Shown here one piece after another: positions 31,560 through 40,787 of a stretch of 45,001 nucleotides of DNA (positions within the stretch are counted from its first letter, which is position 1; every line of letters begins with the position of its first letter). Both the position numbers and the translations under genes were made by a program. The stretch is from assembly GCA_016181165.1 (NCBI GenBank), contig JACOZU010000005.1:1-45001 (forward strand), in the 5' to 3' direction. This stretch comes from Candidatus Woesebacteria bacterium (GTDB lineage: Bacteria; Patescibacteriota; Microgenomatia; UBA8517). The notes beneath the pieces are model-generated. The model was given only the letters and a program-made list of their open reading frames with translations, had not been told where the DNA came from and made no database searches.

Positions 31560-33521
31560 ATGGACATAAAAATACCTGATAATTGGCTGAGAGATTTCTT
31601 AAAGACCAAGGCTACTTCGAGCGAGATAGCCAAATATCTTTCGCTCTCCGGGCCTTCCGTAGAAAAGGTCGAAGAATCGGTTTATTTCATTGAAGTGACC
31701 ACAAACAGGGTCGATATTGCCTCGGTCGTAGGTATTGCCAGAGAGGCGGCCGCCATTTTGCCCCAATTTGGCGTCAAAGCCAGACTTCAACCGGTTAAAC
31801 TTCCTGTCCTTAAGTTTTTAGAAAAGGTTGACTACCTGGAAGCCGAAGTCAACCAGGCTCTATGCCAACGCTTTAGCGCCGTTCTTATCAAAAATGTCCA
31901 AATCAGGCAGTCTCCGGACTGGATGAAAGACAGGCTGACCGCCGTCGGAGTCAGGCCCATTAATAACGTTGTTGATATCTCAAATTATGTCATGCACGAG
32001 CTGGGTCAGCCCGTCCATACCTTCGACTACGACAAAATCAGGGGGGCCAAGATGATATTAAGGGAAAGCAAGAAAGGGGAAAGGCTGACAACTCTTGACG
32101 GCAAAACTCATACGCTCCCGGGGGGAGACATTGTCATCGAAGACGGAGAAGGACGCCTGATTGACCTCGCCGGAATTATGGGAGGGGAAAATTCTGCGGT
32201 TGATGAAAGCACCAAAAACGTTCTTCTTTTCGTTCAGACATATAATCCTGTCAATATCAGGCAAACCTCAATGTCCCTGGCCCAGAGAACAGAAGCGGCC
32301 GTTCTTTTTGAAAAGGGAATTGACCCGGAACTGGTGACCGACGGAATTGGACGGGGAATAGAGCTATTTGTCAAACTTGCAGGCGGAAAACCTGAAAGCC
32401 AAATTCTAGATATCTATCCAGCCCCTTACAGGGCAAGGAAAGTAGAAATAAACACCGACTTTCTAACGGCAAGGCTCGGGGCCCAGCTCCCCAAAGACAA
32501 AATCACCCAAATCCTCAGGTCTTTGGGTTTCGAGACATATTGGCAAGGAAAAACACTGGAGGTTTTAGTCCCGTCACATCGAGCAGGAGACATCAGTATC
32601 CCGGAAGATATTGTCGAGGAGGTCGCCAGGCTTTACGGCTACCACAATTTGCCGAGCGAACTGATGCAGGGAGTCCTTCCAGAACCTCTAGCCGATGCTC
32701 CTTTTGGCTTTGAAGAAAAAATTAAGAGCGTCCTTAAAGGTTTTGGAGGAGTCGAAGTTTATACGCTTTCACTCGTCTCCCGCGAGGAAGCTCCGACCGG
32801 GCTCAAGCTGAAAAACCCTCTAGGCAAAGAATCGGAATATTTAAGAACTTCGCTTTCGGCGTCGCTGGTAGCGGCCGCCAGGCAAAACGCCGGCGAGAAA
32901 GAGCCTTTCCATCTTTTTGAAATGGCCAATGTCTACTTGCCCCGCCGAAGCAAAGCGAAGGGGGGTATTCCCGACTTACCCAACGAAAAGATGATGCTAG
33001 GGGGAATCTTCGCCAACAGCTCCTACCGCGAAGCAAAAGGAGCGGTGGAGGGACTGACCAATGAACTAAACGTTAAAAGCGAAATGTTTTCGGAGGATGC
33101 CGCTCACTATCTTCCGAATCGGCACATCTATCTAAAGGTAAAAGGAAGAATTTTAGGAGAATTCGGAGAACTCTCTTACGGCTACCTCTACTATCAGTTT
33201 GACGTCGAAGCCTTAAGGCAAGCCCACCGCGAAATCGGCAGCTTTAAACCCCTGCCCAAATATCCGGCCCAAATAGAGGACCTTACTTTCTCCTTCCCTT
33301 CGCGTACCAAAATAGGAGAAGTCATTGCTTTTGTCCTCTCGAAAGAAAAACTGGTCTCCCGGATGGAGCTTACCGACATCTACAAAGACGCCTACACTTT
33401 TAGACTCTGGTACCAGCACCCATCAAAAACTCTTACAGATAGCGAGGTCGAAAAAATAAGAGAAGATATTATAAAAAGTGTTAAAGAGAAATTCGGAGCG
33501 TACATGAAACAGTTAGCATGA
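31560..33521 (+). CDS. pheT: phenylalanyl-tRNA synthetase beta subunit, short form without the B2 OB-fold
   Basis: 653 aa. B1 (IPDNWLRDFLK) runs directly into EVTTNRVDIASVVGIAREAAA. B3/4, B5 and the C-terminal FDX-ACB-like domain (PKYPAQIEDLTFSF) are present. Confidence 0.9.
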   Translation: MDIKIPDNWLRDFLKTKATSSEIAKYLSLSGPSVEKVEESVYFIEVTTNRVDIASVVGIAREAAAILPQFGVKARLQPVKLPVLKFLEKVDYLEAEVNQALCQRFSAVLIKNVQIRQSPDWMKDRLTAVGVRPINNVVDISNYVMHELGQPVHTFDYDKIRGAKMILRESKKGERLTTLDGKTHTLPGGDIVIEDGEGRLIDLAGIMGGENSAVDESTKNVLLFVQTYNPVNIRQTSMSLAQRTEAAVLFEKGIDPELVTDGIGRGIELFVKLAGGKPESQILDIYPAPYRARKVEINTDFLTARLGAQLPKDKITQILRSLGFETYWQGKTLEVLVPSHRAGDISIPEDIVEEVARLYGYHNLPSELMQGVLPEPLADAPFGFEEKIKSVLKGFGGVEVYTLSLVSREEAPTGLKLKNPLGKESEYLRTSLSASLVAAARQNAGEKEPFHLFEMANVYLPRRSKAKGGIPDLPNEKMMLGGIFANSSYREAKGAVEGLTNELNVKSEMFSEDAAHYLPNRHIYLKVKGRILGEFGELSYGYLYYQFDVEALRQAHREIGSFKPLPKYPAQIEDLTFSFPSRTKIGEVIAFVLSKEKLVSRMELTDIYKDAYTFRLWYQHPSKTLTDSEVEKIREDIIKSVKEKFGAYMKQLA

Positions 33522-33586
33522 CTAACTTTTGGGGCCATCGGTGCCTCTCCAAATTGTAGGCGAATTCGGCGAACTTTCGGTAAGAA

Positions 33587-34249
33587 CTAAGGTCTAGACA
33601 ATTTTGCTATGTGTTCGGTAATTACCCTTAAAAGCGGGACCATTAATCTATCGTGTTCTTGGGGAATCTCCCTGGTTTTTCTTATGACATCTTCGAACTC
33701 CTCCTTAGCCTGGTTCCGCTCATCCGGTGATCCCCAGGCCATGGTTCCTCTTATCCTATACACATCTTGTAGAATACCTAGTCCTTGTGGATAAACTTTT
33801 GCAACTAAAGCCAGCGAATTAAGTAAATCCTTACCCTTCATAAACTTCCACCATTCCTCCTGTTCTTTATTGACGAAGTTAACAATCTCAAATCCTTTGA
33901 CAAAGTCTTCTTGCATCACTAACCTTACTGGTTTTAGTTCTTTACCTTCCAAAACAACAATTTTTTCTTCGAGATGTTCGCTTCGGATTACTTTCTCTCG
34001 CGAAGCTACAATCTCAGAAATACTTTTTCTTGCCACTTCCCGGCCCCTCGAATCCCTCCGGGGAACGGTTCTTAAATCCTTCAATCTACCCCTAAGTCTG
34101 GTTTTTTCTTTAATAATGAAAGCTGAGACACTGTCATGCGCCTTTCTGTTTACTTCAACTGGCTGATACCAAACTTCGGAATCCCTTTGTACTTCTACTA
34201 GGATGACCTTTGCTGATTGTGTGGAGTTCTCCACCCTTTCCGCACCCAT
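33587..34249 (-). CDS. hypothetical protein
   Basis: 220-aa ORF, charged and helical-looking. No motif recognised. Lower G+C by eye than its neighbours. Confidence 0.5.
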   Translation of the reverse strand: MGAERVENSTQSAKVILVEVQRDSEVWYQPVEVNRKAHDSVSAFIIKEKTRLRGRLKDLRTVPRRDSRGREVARKSISEIVASREKVIRSEHLEEKIVVLEGKELKPVRLVMQEDFVKGFEIVNFVNKEQEEWWKFMKGKDLLNSLALVAKVYPQGLGILQDVYRIRGTMAWGSPDERNQAKEEFEDVIRKTREIPQEHDRLMVPLLRVITEHIAKLSRP

Positions 34250-34277
34250 ATCTTTAGCGATGGATTATACCACGTAG

Positions 34278-36875
34278 TTACGGAGTTGGGCTAGGGGAGG
34301 GGGTATAGTCCCAGGCAACATTTATTCCAATGGTTATTTTTCGGTCCGATTCTTTTCCGTTTGCATCCTTGGCTTTGGCCCGAAGTGTATGAACTCCATC
34401 TGATAATGTCGGGGTACAGCATTGGAATTCAAATGGAGGACCGATAAAGGTTCTAACTTTGGCCCCATCAATTTCCAGTTCTATCTGGACAATAGTCGCT
34501 GTTGAGGTTGCGGATATCTTAATGGTAAAGTTGGGGGGTAAATAAGAAGCCCTGTCTGTAGGGCTGACAAACTCCACATTCACTGGATTTGAGGTCCCAC
34601 AATAGTCGCTGGGGGGGTGATACCTGGAGTCACTTTGGGTAGTAAGCCAAGACAAAATTCCTTCCTGCCAGCGGTTGACCCCTCCGGGAGCAGCTGTCGG
34701 GTCTTCTTCTTTAAATAGGAAAAATTCTTTTTCTTCATAATTTCCTGCTGCAATATCGGATGGGGTTGCCAGTTTCCCGTCGTTTTTACAAACCTTAAGT
34801 TTTACATGGACAGTGTCTTCTCCCGGCTCGGTGCCTCTGATAAAGTACTCCACCCTCGAAGGATAGCCGTCGTGGGCGCGGTAGCCCGAGACGGAATCGA
34901 CCGAGGCGGTCACAACTGCCGAAGGAGTCTCGAAGCCGACATTGGGTTTATCTTTGAGCATTTCAAGCAACACCATTCTCCAGATTGGCGAGGCTCCGGA
35001 AACCCCAGAGGCAACATTAAGCATCGGGGTATAGTCGTTATTGCCAACCCAAGTTCCCACCAGTCCCTGGGAATTGCCGCCAATCGTCCAGTTGTCCCTT
35101 TTGTCGTTGGTCGTTCCCGTTTTGACGGCGACGGTTCTTCCCGAAATATTAAGAAGCGAGTTGACCCCAAAGACGTCCGTCCTGGCGGCGTTATCGGAAA
35201 GAATGTGGGCGATTAAGTAGGCCTGCTCTTCTGTTAGAACTCTTTTACCTTTTTCCGGTTTTACCTCCTCAAGAACTTTTCCGTCGGCATCTTCAACTTT
35301 GAGAATCGCCACCGGCTCAACCCTATATCCCTTATTGACGAATGCGGCATAGGCCCCGGTTAACTCAAGAAGCCTAACCTCGCCTCCCCCAAGGGTAAGG
35401 GATAATCCCATGCGCTCAAGCGTTTCTTTGTCCGGCTTAAGGGTCGAAATTCCCAAGTCGTAGGCGGTTTCTAAGGTGTCTTTAATACCGACCATGGCCA
35501 GCATTTTAACCGCCGCCATGTTGATGGAGTTACCCAGAGCATACCTTAGCTGAATCGGGCCTCGATATTTTCCGTCGTAATTAACCGGGGTATAGTCTGG
35601 TTGTCCGACCCCGCCCGGGAAGACGGTGGCCACGTCCATAATTAGGGTCGAGGGGCTAAAGCCTTCTTTAAAGGTCGTGACATAGGTAACGGGCTTAATC
35701 GCACTTCCCGGCTGCCTAAGAGCCTGGACCGCCGCGTTAAATTGGCCGTCATAGCTGGGGTCATTGAAGTTTTTGGAGCCGACCATGGCCAGGATCTCTC
35801 CCGTTTCGGGATTTAAGGCAACCGAAGCCCCGTTGGTGATTCTTTGAGATTCGACTTTGGCAATTTCTTCGCTGACTATTTTCTCGGCCGCCTCCTGAAG
35901 CGTTAGGTCAAGAGTGGTCGTTACCCTTAAGCCTCCCTGTTCAACGACCCTCTCGCCGTACCTTTCTTCAAGAATTTTTTGGACATACTGGACAAAGTGG
36001 GGGGCCTTAAAAGATGCACCCCTGGCCTGAAATTGAAAGTCGGGAAGCTCGGCCAGGACAGATTCTTCCTGGTCTTTGGTGATATAGCCGTCCTCGCGCA
36101 TGCGCCTAAGTACGTCCGTGGTTCTGGCAATGTAGGCTTTGGGATTTGAGGAATAGGGAGAGTAGGCCGAGGGCCTTTGGGGAAACCCGGCCAAAATGGC
36201 ACTTTCCACCAGATTCAAGTCTTTGACGCTTTTACCAAAATAAATTTCGGTGGCCGCCTCAACTCCCCAGGCGGTGCCTCCGTAAGGGGCCTCATTAAGA
36301 TACATCTGAAGTATCTCGTCCTTGGAATACTTTCTCTCAATTTGGATTGCCAGGATAAATTCTTTTATTTTTCTAAAAATTGACCTTTCCGGTGTAAGGA
36401 GGACGTTTTTAACCAGCTGCTGGGTCAGGGTAGAACCCCCTTGGGCCCTCCCCAGGGTAAAAGCTCTGGTTATACCCCGAAATATTCCCAGGGGGTCAAA
36501 GCCCTGGTGTTGATAGAAGTTTTTATCCTCAATCGCAATCGTTGCCTCCCGCAAGAACATCGGGACATCTTCAAGAGGGACGGGGGTCCGCCTCTGGTCG
36601 GCAAAAATGTCGTATAAAACCTCCCCGTTTCTGTCCAGAATCTTGGTCGAAAAGCCTTCTTTTCTGACTATTTTATCCGGAGTAGGCAGATTAAAGGCAA
36701 AAAGGGGGAGGACCAAAAAAGAAAGAACAAAAAGACCGATGACTCCCAAAAAAGCCAGTTTGGCGAGCCTAAAAAATACCCGGCTCTTTTTGACTCTGGC
36801 CTGATAGGCATGGGACACCCCTCCGTATCTTCTGTCCCTAAATCTTTCCCTCCACATAGCTCTTTCACTTGTCAT
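34278..36875 (-). CDS. bifunctional class A penicillin-binding protein (PBP1A family) with C-terminal Ig-like extension
   Basis: 865 aa with an N-terminal TM anchor. GT51 motifs (EDKNFYQHQGFD; GGSTLTQQL). Transpeptidase motifs SxxK (GSAIKP), SxN (NSINM) and KTGTT. About 170 extra C-terminal residues end in a PSPSPTP tail. Confidence 0.9.
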   Translation of the reverse strand: MTSERAMWRERFRDRRYGGVSHAYQARVKKSRVFFRLAKLAFLGVIGLFVLSFLVLPLFAFNLPTPDKIVRKEGFSTKILDRNGEVLYDIFADQRRTPVPLEDVPMFLREATIAIEDKNFYQHQGFDPLGIFRGITRAFTLGRAQGGSTLTQQLVKNVLLTPERSIFRKIKEFILAIQIERKYSKDEILQMYLNEAPYGGTAWGVEAATEIYFGKSVKDLNLVESAILAGFPQRPSAYSPYSSNPKAYIARTTDVLRRMREDGYITKDQEESVLAELPDFQFQARGASFKAPHFVQYVQKILEERYGERVVEQGGLRVTTTLDLTLQEAAEKIVSEEIAKVESQRITNGASVALNPETGEILAMVGSKNFNDPSYDGQFNAAVQALRQPGSAIKPVTYVTTFKEGFSPSTLIMDVATVFPGGVGQPDYTPVNYDGKYRGPIQLRYALGNSINMAAVKMLAMVGIKDTLETAYDLGISTLKPDKETLERMGLSLTLGGGEVRLLELTGAYAAFVNKGYRVEPVAILKVEDADGKVLEEVKPEKGKRVLTEEQAYLIAHILSDNAARTDVFGVNSLLNISGRTVAVKTGTTNDKRDNWTIGGNSQGLVGTWVGNNDYTPMLNVASGVSGASPIWRMVLLEMLKDKPNVGFETPSAVVTASVDSVSGYRAHDGYPSRVEYFIRGTEPGEDTVHVKLKVCKNDGKLATPSDIAAGNYEEKEFFLFKEEDPTAAPGGVNRWQEGILSWLTTQSDSRYHPPSDYCGTSNPVNVEFVSPTDRASYLPPNFTIKISATSTATIVQIELEIDGAKVRTFIGPPFEFQCCTPTLSDGVHTLRAKAKDANGKESDRKITIGINVAWDYTPSPSPTP

Positions 36876-36891
36876 TGTATCAAAGTACGCT

Positions 36892-36897
36892 TAAAAT
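36892..36897 (+). promoter_or_regulatory. -10 box (TAAAAT) 8 nt upstream of the tyrS ATG (leaderless-type)
   Basis: TAAAAT at 36892-36897 inside the 30-bp divergent gap between the PBP1A start (36875) and the tyrS ATG (36906). No SD. Confidence 0.4.
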
Positions 36898-36905
36898 GGG
36901 TACAG

Positions 36906-38063
36906 ATGGATATCGAAACGGCATTAACCCGCGGCGTTAGCGAAATTCTTCCCTCCAAAAAAGGCCTAGAAAGCGCGATGGCCAAGGGCAAAATCACACT
37001 TTACCAAGGATTTGACCCCTCAAGCCCCTCCCTACACCTCGGAAACATGATCGGCCTAAGAAAGTTGGCCCAATTTCAGGCCCTGGGTCATAAAGTAATT
37101 TTTCTTATCGGGGACTTTACGGGAATGATAGGGGACCCAACGGATAAATCTGCCGCCAGAAAAAAGTTAACGCGAGAAGAAATCCTGCAAAACCTGAAAG
37201 AATATAAGTCTCAGGCTGGCAAAATTCTAAGCTTTACTGGCAAAAATCCGGCCGAGGTTAAATTTAATTCCCAATGGCTTTCGACTCTTTCAATTGAGGA
37301 GTTTCTGGAAATAGCCAGCCACTTTACAACCTCTCAACTTCAAGAAAGGGATATGTTCCAAGAAAGGCTAAGGGCCGGCAAGAGCGTTTTTGCCCACGAA
37401 TTCCTGTATCCGATTTTTCAGGGGTACGACTCGGTTGCCATGAACGTTGACCTGGAAGTGGGAGGGAATGACCAACTCTTTAACATGCTGGCCGGCCGAA
37501 CCCTGGTTAAGGCGCTAAAAGGCAAGGAAAAATACGTTCTCACCCTGAAGCTTTTGACCGACCCCACCGGAAAGAAAATGGGGAAAACCGAGGGCAATGT
37601 CATAAACCTAAGCGACAGCCCGACGGATATGTACGGAAAAATAATGGCACTTCCGGATAATATAACCGAGGCGGGGGTCGAGCTTCTCACCGATCTTAAG
37701 GCGTCTCCTAAAAATCCCTTCGACGCCAAAAAGAAACTGGCGTTCGATGTGGTGCGACAAGTCCACGGGGATAAAGAAGCCCAAAATGCTTCCAATTTTT
37801 TCGAAAAAACTTTTCAAAAAGGCGAAACTCCAAAAAATCTCAAAGTGGTTACTCTCAAAGAGCGTGCCTTGCCTCTACTGGACTTGGTTTTTGCCACCAA
37901 AGAGGTACCAAGTAGGAGCGAGGCCAAAAGGCTCATTCTCCAGGGCGGAATCGACGTGGAAGAGACGACAATTAACGACCCGACCCGAGAAATGACCATT
38001 CCCAAAGAGGGAGTGGTCATCAAGGTTGGTAAAATGAAATTCGTTAAGGTTAAAAGCAAATGA
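36906..38063 (+). CDS. tyrS: tyrosyl-tRNA synthetase
   Basis: 385 aa from ATG 36906; the track ORF from 36810 would overlap PBP1A. HIGH motif as HLGN, KMSKS as KMGKT, and a C-terminal S4-like domain (SEAKRLILQGGI). Confidence 0.9.
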   Translation: MDIETALTRGVSEILPSKKGLESAMAKGKITLYQGFDPSSPSLHLGNMIGLRKLAQFQALGHKVIFLIGDFTGMIGDPTDKSAARKKLTREEILQNLKEYKSQAGKILSFTGKNPAEVKFNSQWLSTLSIEEFLEIASHFTTSQLQERDMFQERLRAGKSVFAHEFLYPIFQGYDSVAMNVDLEVGGNDQLFNMLAGRTLVKALKGKEKYVLTLKLLTDPTGKKMGKTEGNVINLSDSPTDMYGKIMALPDNITEAGVELLTDLKASPKNPFDAKKKLAFDVVRQVHGDKEAQNASNFFEKTFQKGETPKNLKVVTLKERALPLLDLVFATKEVPSRSEAKRLILQGGIDVEETTINDPTREMTIPKEGVVIKVGKMKFVKVKSK

Positions 38064-38167
38064 TTTTAAGTAAAAAACAAAGAAAGCTTTTTGTCATTCT
38101 TATCGTCATTGCCACCGTCGGGCTACTTTTGACCTCGTTTTTGCCGTACTTAACTGCCTTCAGGTAA
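38060..38167 (+). CDS. 35-aa membrane micro-protein (hypothetical)
   Basis: ATGA overlap with the tyrS stop. MILSKKQRKLFVILIVIATVGLLLTSFLPYLTAFR has a basic N-terminus and one TM helix. The stop is 3 nt before recG. It falls below the ORF-track cutoff. Confidence 0.35.
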   Translation: MILSKKQRKLFVILIVIATVGLLLTSFLPYLTAFR

Positions 38168-38170
38168 TTT

Positions 38171-40213
38171 ATGGATGTAACGACATCGGTAGCAGAGCTA
38201 TCCCTGGTAGGCCCGATTTATCTTAAGCGCCTCGAGAAACTGGAAATAGAAAACATCGAGGAGCTTCTTCACCATGTCCCCCACAGGTATTTAGACTTCT
38301 CCTTAACCTCCGACATAGGCCGGGCCCAACTTGGTGAGACTTTAACCGTTAGGGGTCAAATTGTTTCTATGAAAAATCTCTACACAAAGACCGGCAAAAA
38401 AATTCAGGTGGCGGAGGTGAGCGATGCAACCGGGATAATTCTGGCTGTCTGGTTTAACCAACCTTTTTTGGTCAAGACCCTCTATCCCGGCCTGAAAGTC
38501 GCCTTAGCCGGCAAAATCGAGTGGTTCGGTAGAAAAAGGGCCCTAATTTCCCCGGAATATGAAAAGGTTTTTAAGGGACGGGCGGCGGTCCATACCGGAA
38601 GAATTATTCCCATCTATCCCGAAACCTCCGGGGTCTCCTCCAAGTGGATTAGGGGTAGGGTCAAGGAAGCTTTTCAAAAGGTCATCCAAAACCTTTCGGA
38701 ATTTCTTCCAGACGATATTCTTAAAAGCCTAGGACTTCCCGGGCTTAAAGATGCGATAGATTCTGTTCACTTTCCAAAAAATCTTTCGGATGCTGAAGCA
38801 GGCAGAAAAAGGCTGGCCTTTAACGAGCTCTTATTTTTGCAGCTGAAAAACGTTTGGAGGAAAAAGGATTGGGAGAAAAATCAAGCTACCCACAAGTTAA
38901 AAATTCAAGAAGAACCTCTAGATAAATTTATTTCTTCTTTGCCTTTCGAGTTTACGCCATCCCAGAAGCGCTCGGTAGGGGAAATATTGCAAGACTTGGA
39001 AAGGGGTGTCCCCATGAATAGGCTTTTGGAGGGAGATGTAGGCAGCGGAAAGACGGTTGTGGCAACAACCGCGGCCTTTGCCTCCTTCTTAAACGGCTAC
39101 CAGACCGTGTTTATGGCCCCGACCCAAATTTTGGCTCAGCAGCACTACGAAACCTTGGGGAAACTTCTAGATAAATACAAAGTCCGAATATCTCTGGTTA
39201 TCTCGGAATCCGTAAAGTCCGACCTGGGAAAAACCGATATTTTTGTGGGCACCCATGCTCTTATCCATCAAAAGCTGGATTTTGACACCGAAGGTGGTGA
39301 TTCTAATGTCGCACTGGTTGTGATTGATGAACAACATAGATTCGGGGTAGAACAAAGAGCCCATCTGGTCAAAAAAGTGGGTAGGAAAAAAATTGTTCCC
39401 CACGTTTTAACCATGACGGCGACCCCTATCCCGAGAAGTGTTGCCTTGACCTTTTATGGAGACCTTGACCTTTCCACCCTTAAAGAACTTCCCCAGGGAA
39501 GAAAAAAGATTACCACCTGGGTAGTCCCTCCTGTTAAGAGGGAGGCGGCTTACGGCTGGATTGAAGAAAAGATTAAAAAAGAAGGAATCCAAGTCTTTAT
39601 AATCTGTCCCCTCATCGAAGAATCCGAAAAAGAAACGATGCAAACGGTGGCAGCAGCAACAAAACTTTTTTTGGATGTCAAAAAAGCATTTAAGCCTCTT
39701 TCTGTTGGCCTCCTCCATGGCCGACAAAAAGCCAAAGAAAAAAACGAGGTTCTTAAGGGTTTTAAGGAAAAGAAAATCCATGTCCTGGTTTCTACCCCGG
39801 TTGTTGAAGTCGGAATCGACGTGGCTAACGCGACCATCATGCTGGTTGAGGCGGCCGAAAGATTCGGTTTGGCTCAACTCCACCAGCTAAGGGGACGGGT
39901 GGGCAGGGGAGAAAAGAAATCCTATTGTCTACTGATATCCGAGTCTAAATCCAAAAAAGCCATTTCCCGCCTGGCTGCCATGACAAAGTCCATTAGCGGG
40001 TTCGAGCTGGCCGAGATTGACCTAAAATTAAGAGGTCCGGGAGAGGTCTTCGGCACTAAACAGAGCGGATTTCCGGAACTTAAAATCGCTTCCTGGCAGG
40101 ACTTTTCCCTAATCAGGGAAAGTAAGAAGGTAGCAGAAGAAGCCTTTAATAATCCCCAGAAGTTTAACCTACTTCACACCTATCTTAAAGAGAAACAAAT
40201 TATTGCCAACTAA
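38171..40213 (+). CDS. recG: ATP-dependent DNA helicase RecG
   Basis: 680 aa. N-terminal OB wedge, Walker A (GDVGSGKT), DEQH box (VIDEQHRFGV) and motif VI (QLHQLRGRVGRG). Confidence 0.92.
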   Translation: MDVTTSVAELSLVGPIYLKRLEKLEIENIEELLHHVPHRYLDFSLTSDIGRAQLGETLTVRGQIVSMKNLYTKTGKKIQVAEVSDATGIILAVWFNQPFLVKTLYPGLKVALAGKIEWFGRKRALISPEYEKVFKGRAAVHTGRIIPIYPETSGVSSKWIRGRVKEAFQKVIQNLSEFLPDDILKSLGLPGLKDAIDSVHFPKNLSDAEAGRKRLAFNELLFLQLKNVWRKKDWEKNQATHKLKIQEEPLDKFISSLPFEFTPSQKRSVGEILQDLERGVPMNRLLEGDVGSGKTVVATTAAFASFLNGYQTVFMAPTQILAQQHYETLGKLLDKYKVRISLVISESVKSDLGKTDIFVGTHALIHQKLDFDTEGGDSNVALVVIDEQHRFGVEQRAHLVKKVGRKKIVPHVLTMTATPIPRSVALTFYGDLDLSTLKELPQGRKKITTWVVPPVKREAAYGWIEEKIKKEGIQVFIICPLIEESEKETMQTVAAATKLFLDVKKAFKPLSVGLLHGRQKAKEKNEVLKGFKEKKIHVLVSTPVVEVGIDVANATIMLVEAAERFGLAQLHQLRGRVGRGEKKSYCLLISESKSKKAISRLAAMTKSISGFELAEIDLKLRGPGEVFGTKQSGFPELKIASWQDFSLIRESKKVAEEAFNNPQKFNLLHTYLKEKQIIAN

Positions 40214-40240
40214 TCGGGCTTAAGATACAATTGACCTCGT

Positions 40241-40417
40241 ATGGCACCGCTTCCCAAGAAAAAACACACCAGAAGTAGGAGCAATCAAAGGCGCGCCGTT
40301 GCCATGAAGGCAAGCGTCGGCGCCCTGGTCAAATGCCAAAATTGTGGTAAATTAAGACAGCCGCACCGGGCCTGTCCTTCCTGCGGGCATTACGGTGTAG
40401 CCGCTAATCCTAAATAA
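40241..40417 (+). CDS. rpmF: 50S ribosomal protein L32 (zinc-ribbon form)
   Basis: 58 aa (MAPLPKKKHTRSRSNQRR...CQNCGKLRQPHRACPSCGHY). Below the ORF-track cutoff. The stop overlaps the nusB ATG by 1 nt. Confidence 0.9.
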   Translation: MAPLPKKKHTRSRSNQRRAVAMKASVGALVKCQNCGKLRQPHRACPSCGHYGVAANPK

Positions 40418-40785
40418 TGAAAACTGCCCGAGACCCCAGGCACCAAAAAAGACGCGAGGCCGTCAAAATCCTTTTTGCTGAGTCCTACACCCCCCAACCT
40501 AAAAAAAACGAGCTCGCGGAGCTGGTTCTTTCCAAGAAAGAAGCAATTGACGCCAAAATAGCGGTTGCGGCTCCGGCCTGGCCGATAGACAAACTCAATC
40601 GCATCGACCTGGCTATCTTAAGGCTCGCCGTCTATGAGCTTGACAACAGCGACACGCCGCCCAAGGTTGTCATCGACGAGGCGGTGGAGCTGGCCAAAGA
40701 ATTCGGCGGAGAATCTTCCTCTTCCTTTGTCAACGGTGTCTTGGGTACAATTTACAAAAGGAAGGGGAAAGTGGAGCTTACCTAG
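40417..40785 (+). CDS. nusB: transcription antitermination factor NusB
   Basis: 122 aa. RHQKRREAVKILF...IDLAILRLAVYEL...VVIDEAVELAKEFG follows the NusB pattern. Confidence 0.85.
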   Translation: MKTARDPRHQKRREAVKILFAESYTPQPKKNELAELVLSKKEAIDAKIAVAAPAWPIDKLNRIDLAILRLAVYELDNSDTPPKVVIDEAVELAKEFGGESSSSFVNGVLGTIYKRKGKVELT

Positions 40786-40787
40786 AA

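Noticed and set aside
39407-39883. 158-aa and 96-aa minus-strand ORFs inside recG, and similar long antisense ORFs inside the Nramp-like gene (7441-7878), the protease (16434-16859), PBP1A (34806-35216, plus strand) and the pilO-like gene (42132-42533, plus strand)
   Set aside because: All lie antisense to genes with strong family motifs and have skewed, low-complexity translations, so I treated them as shadow ORFs.
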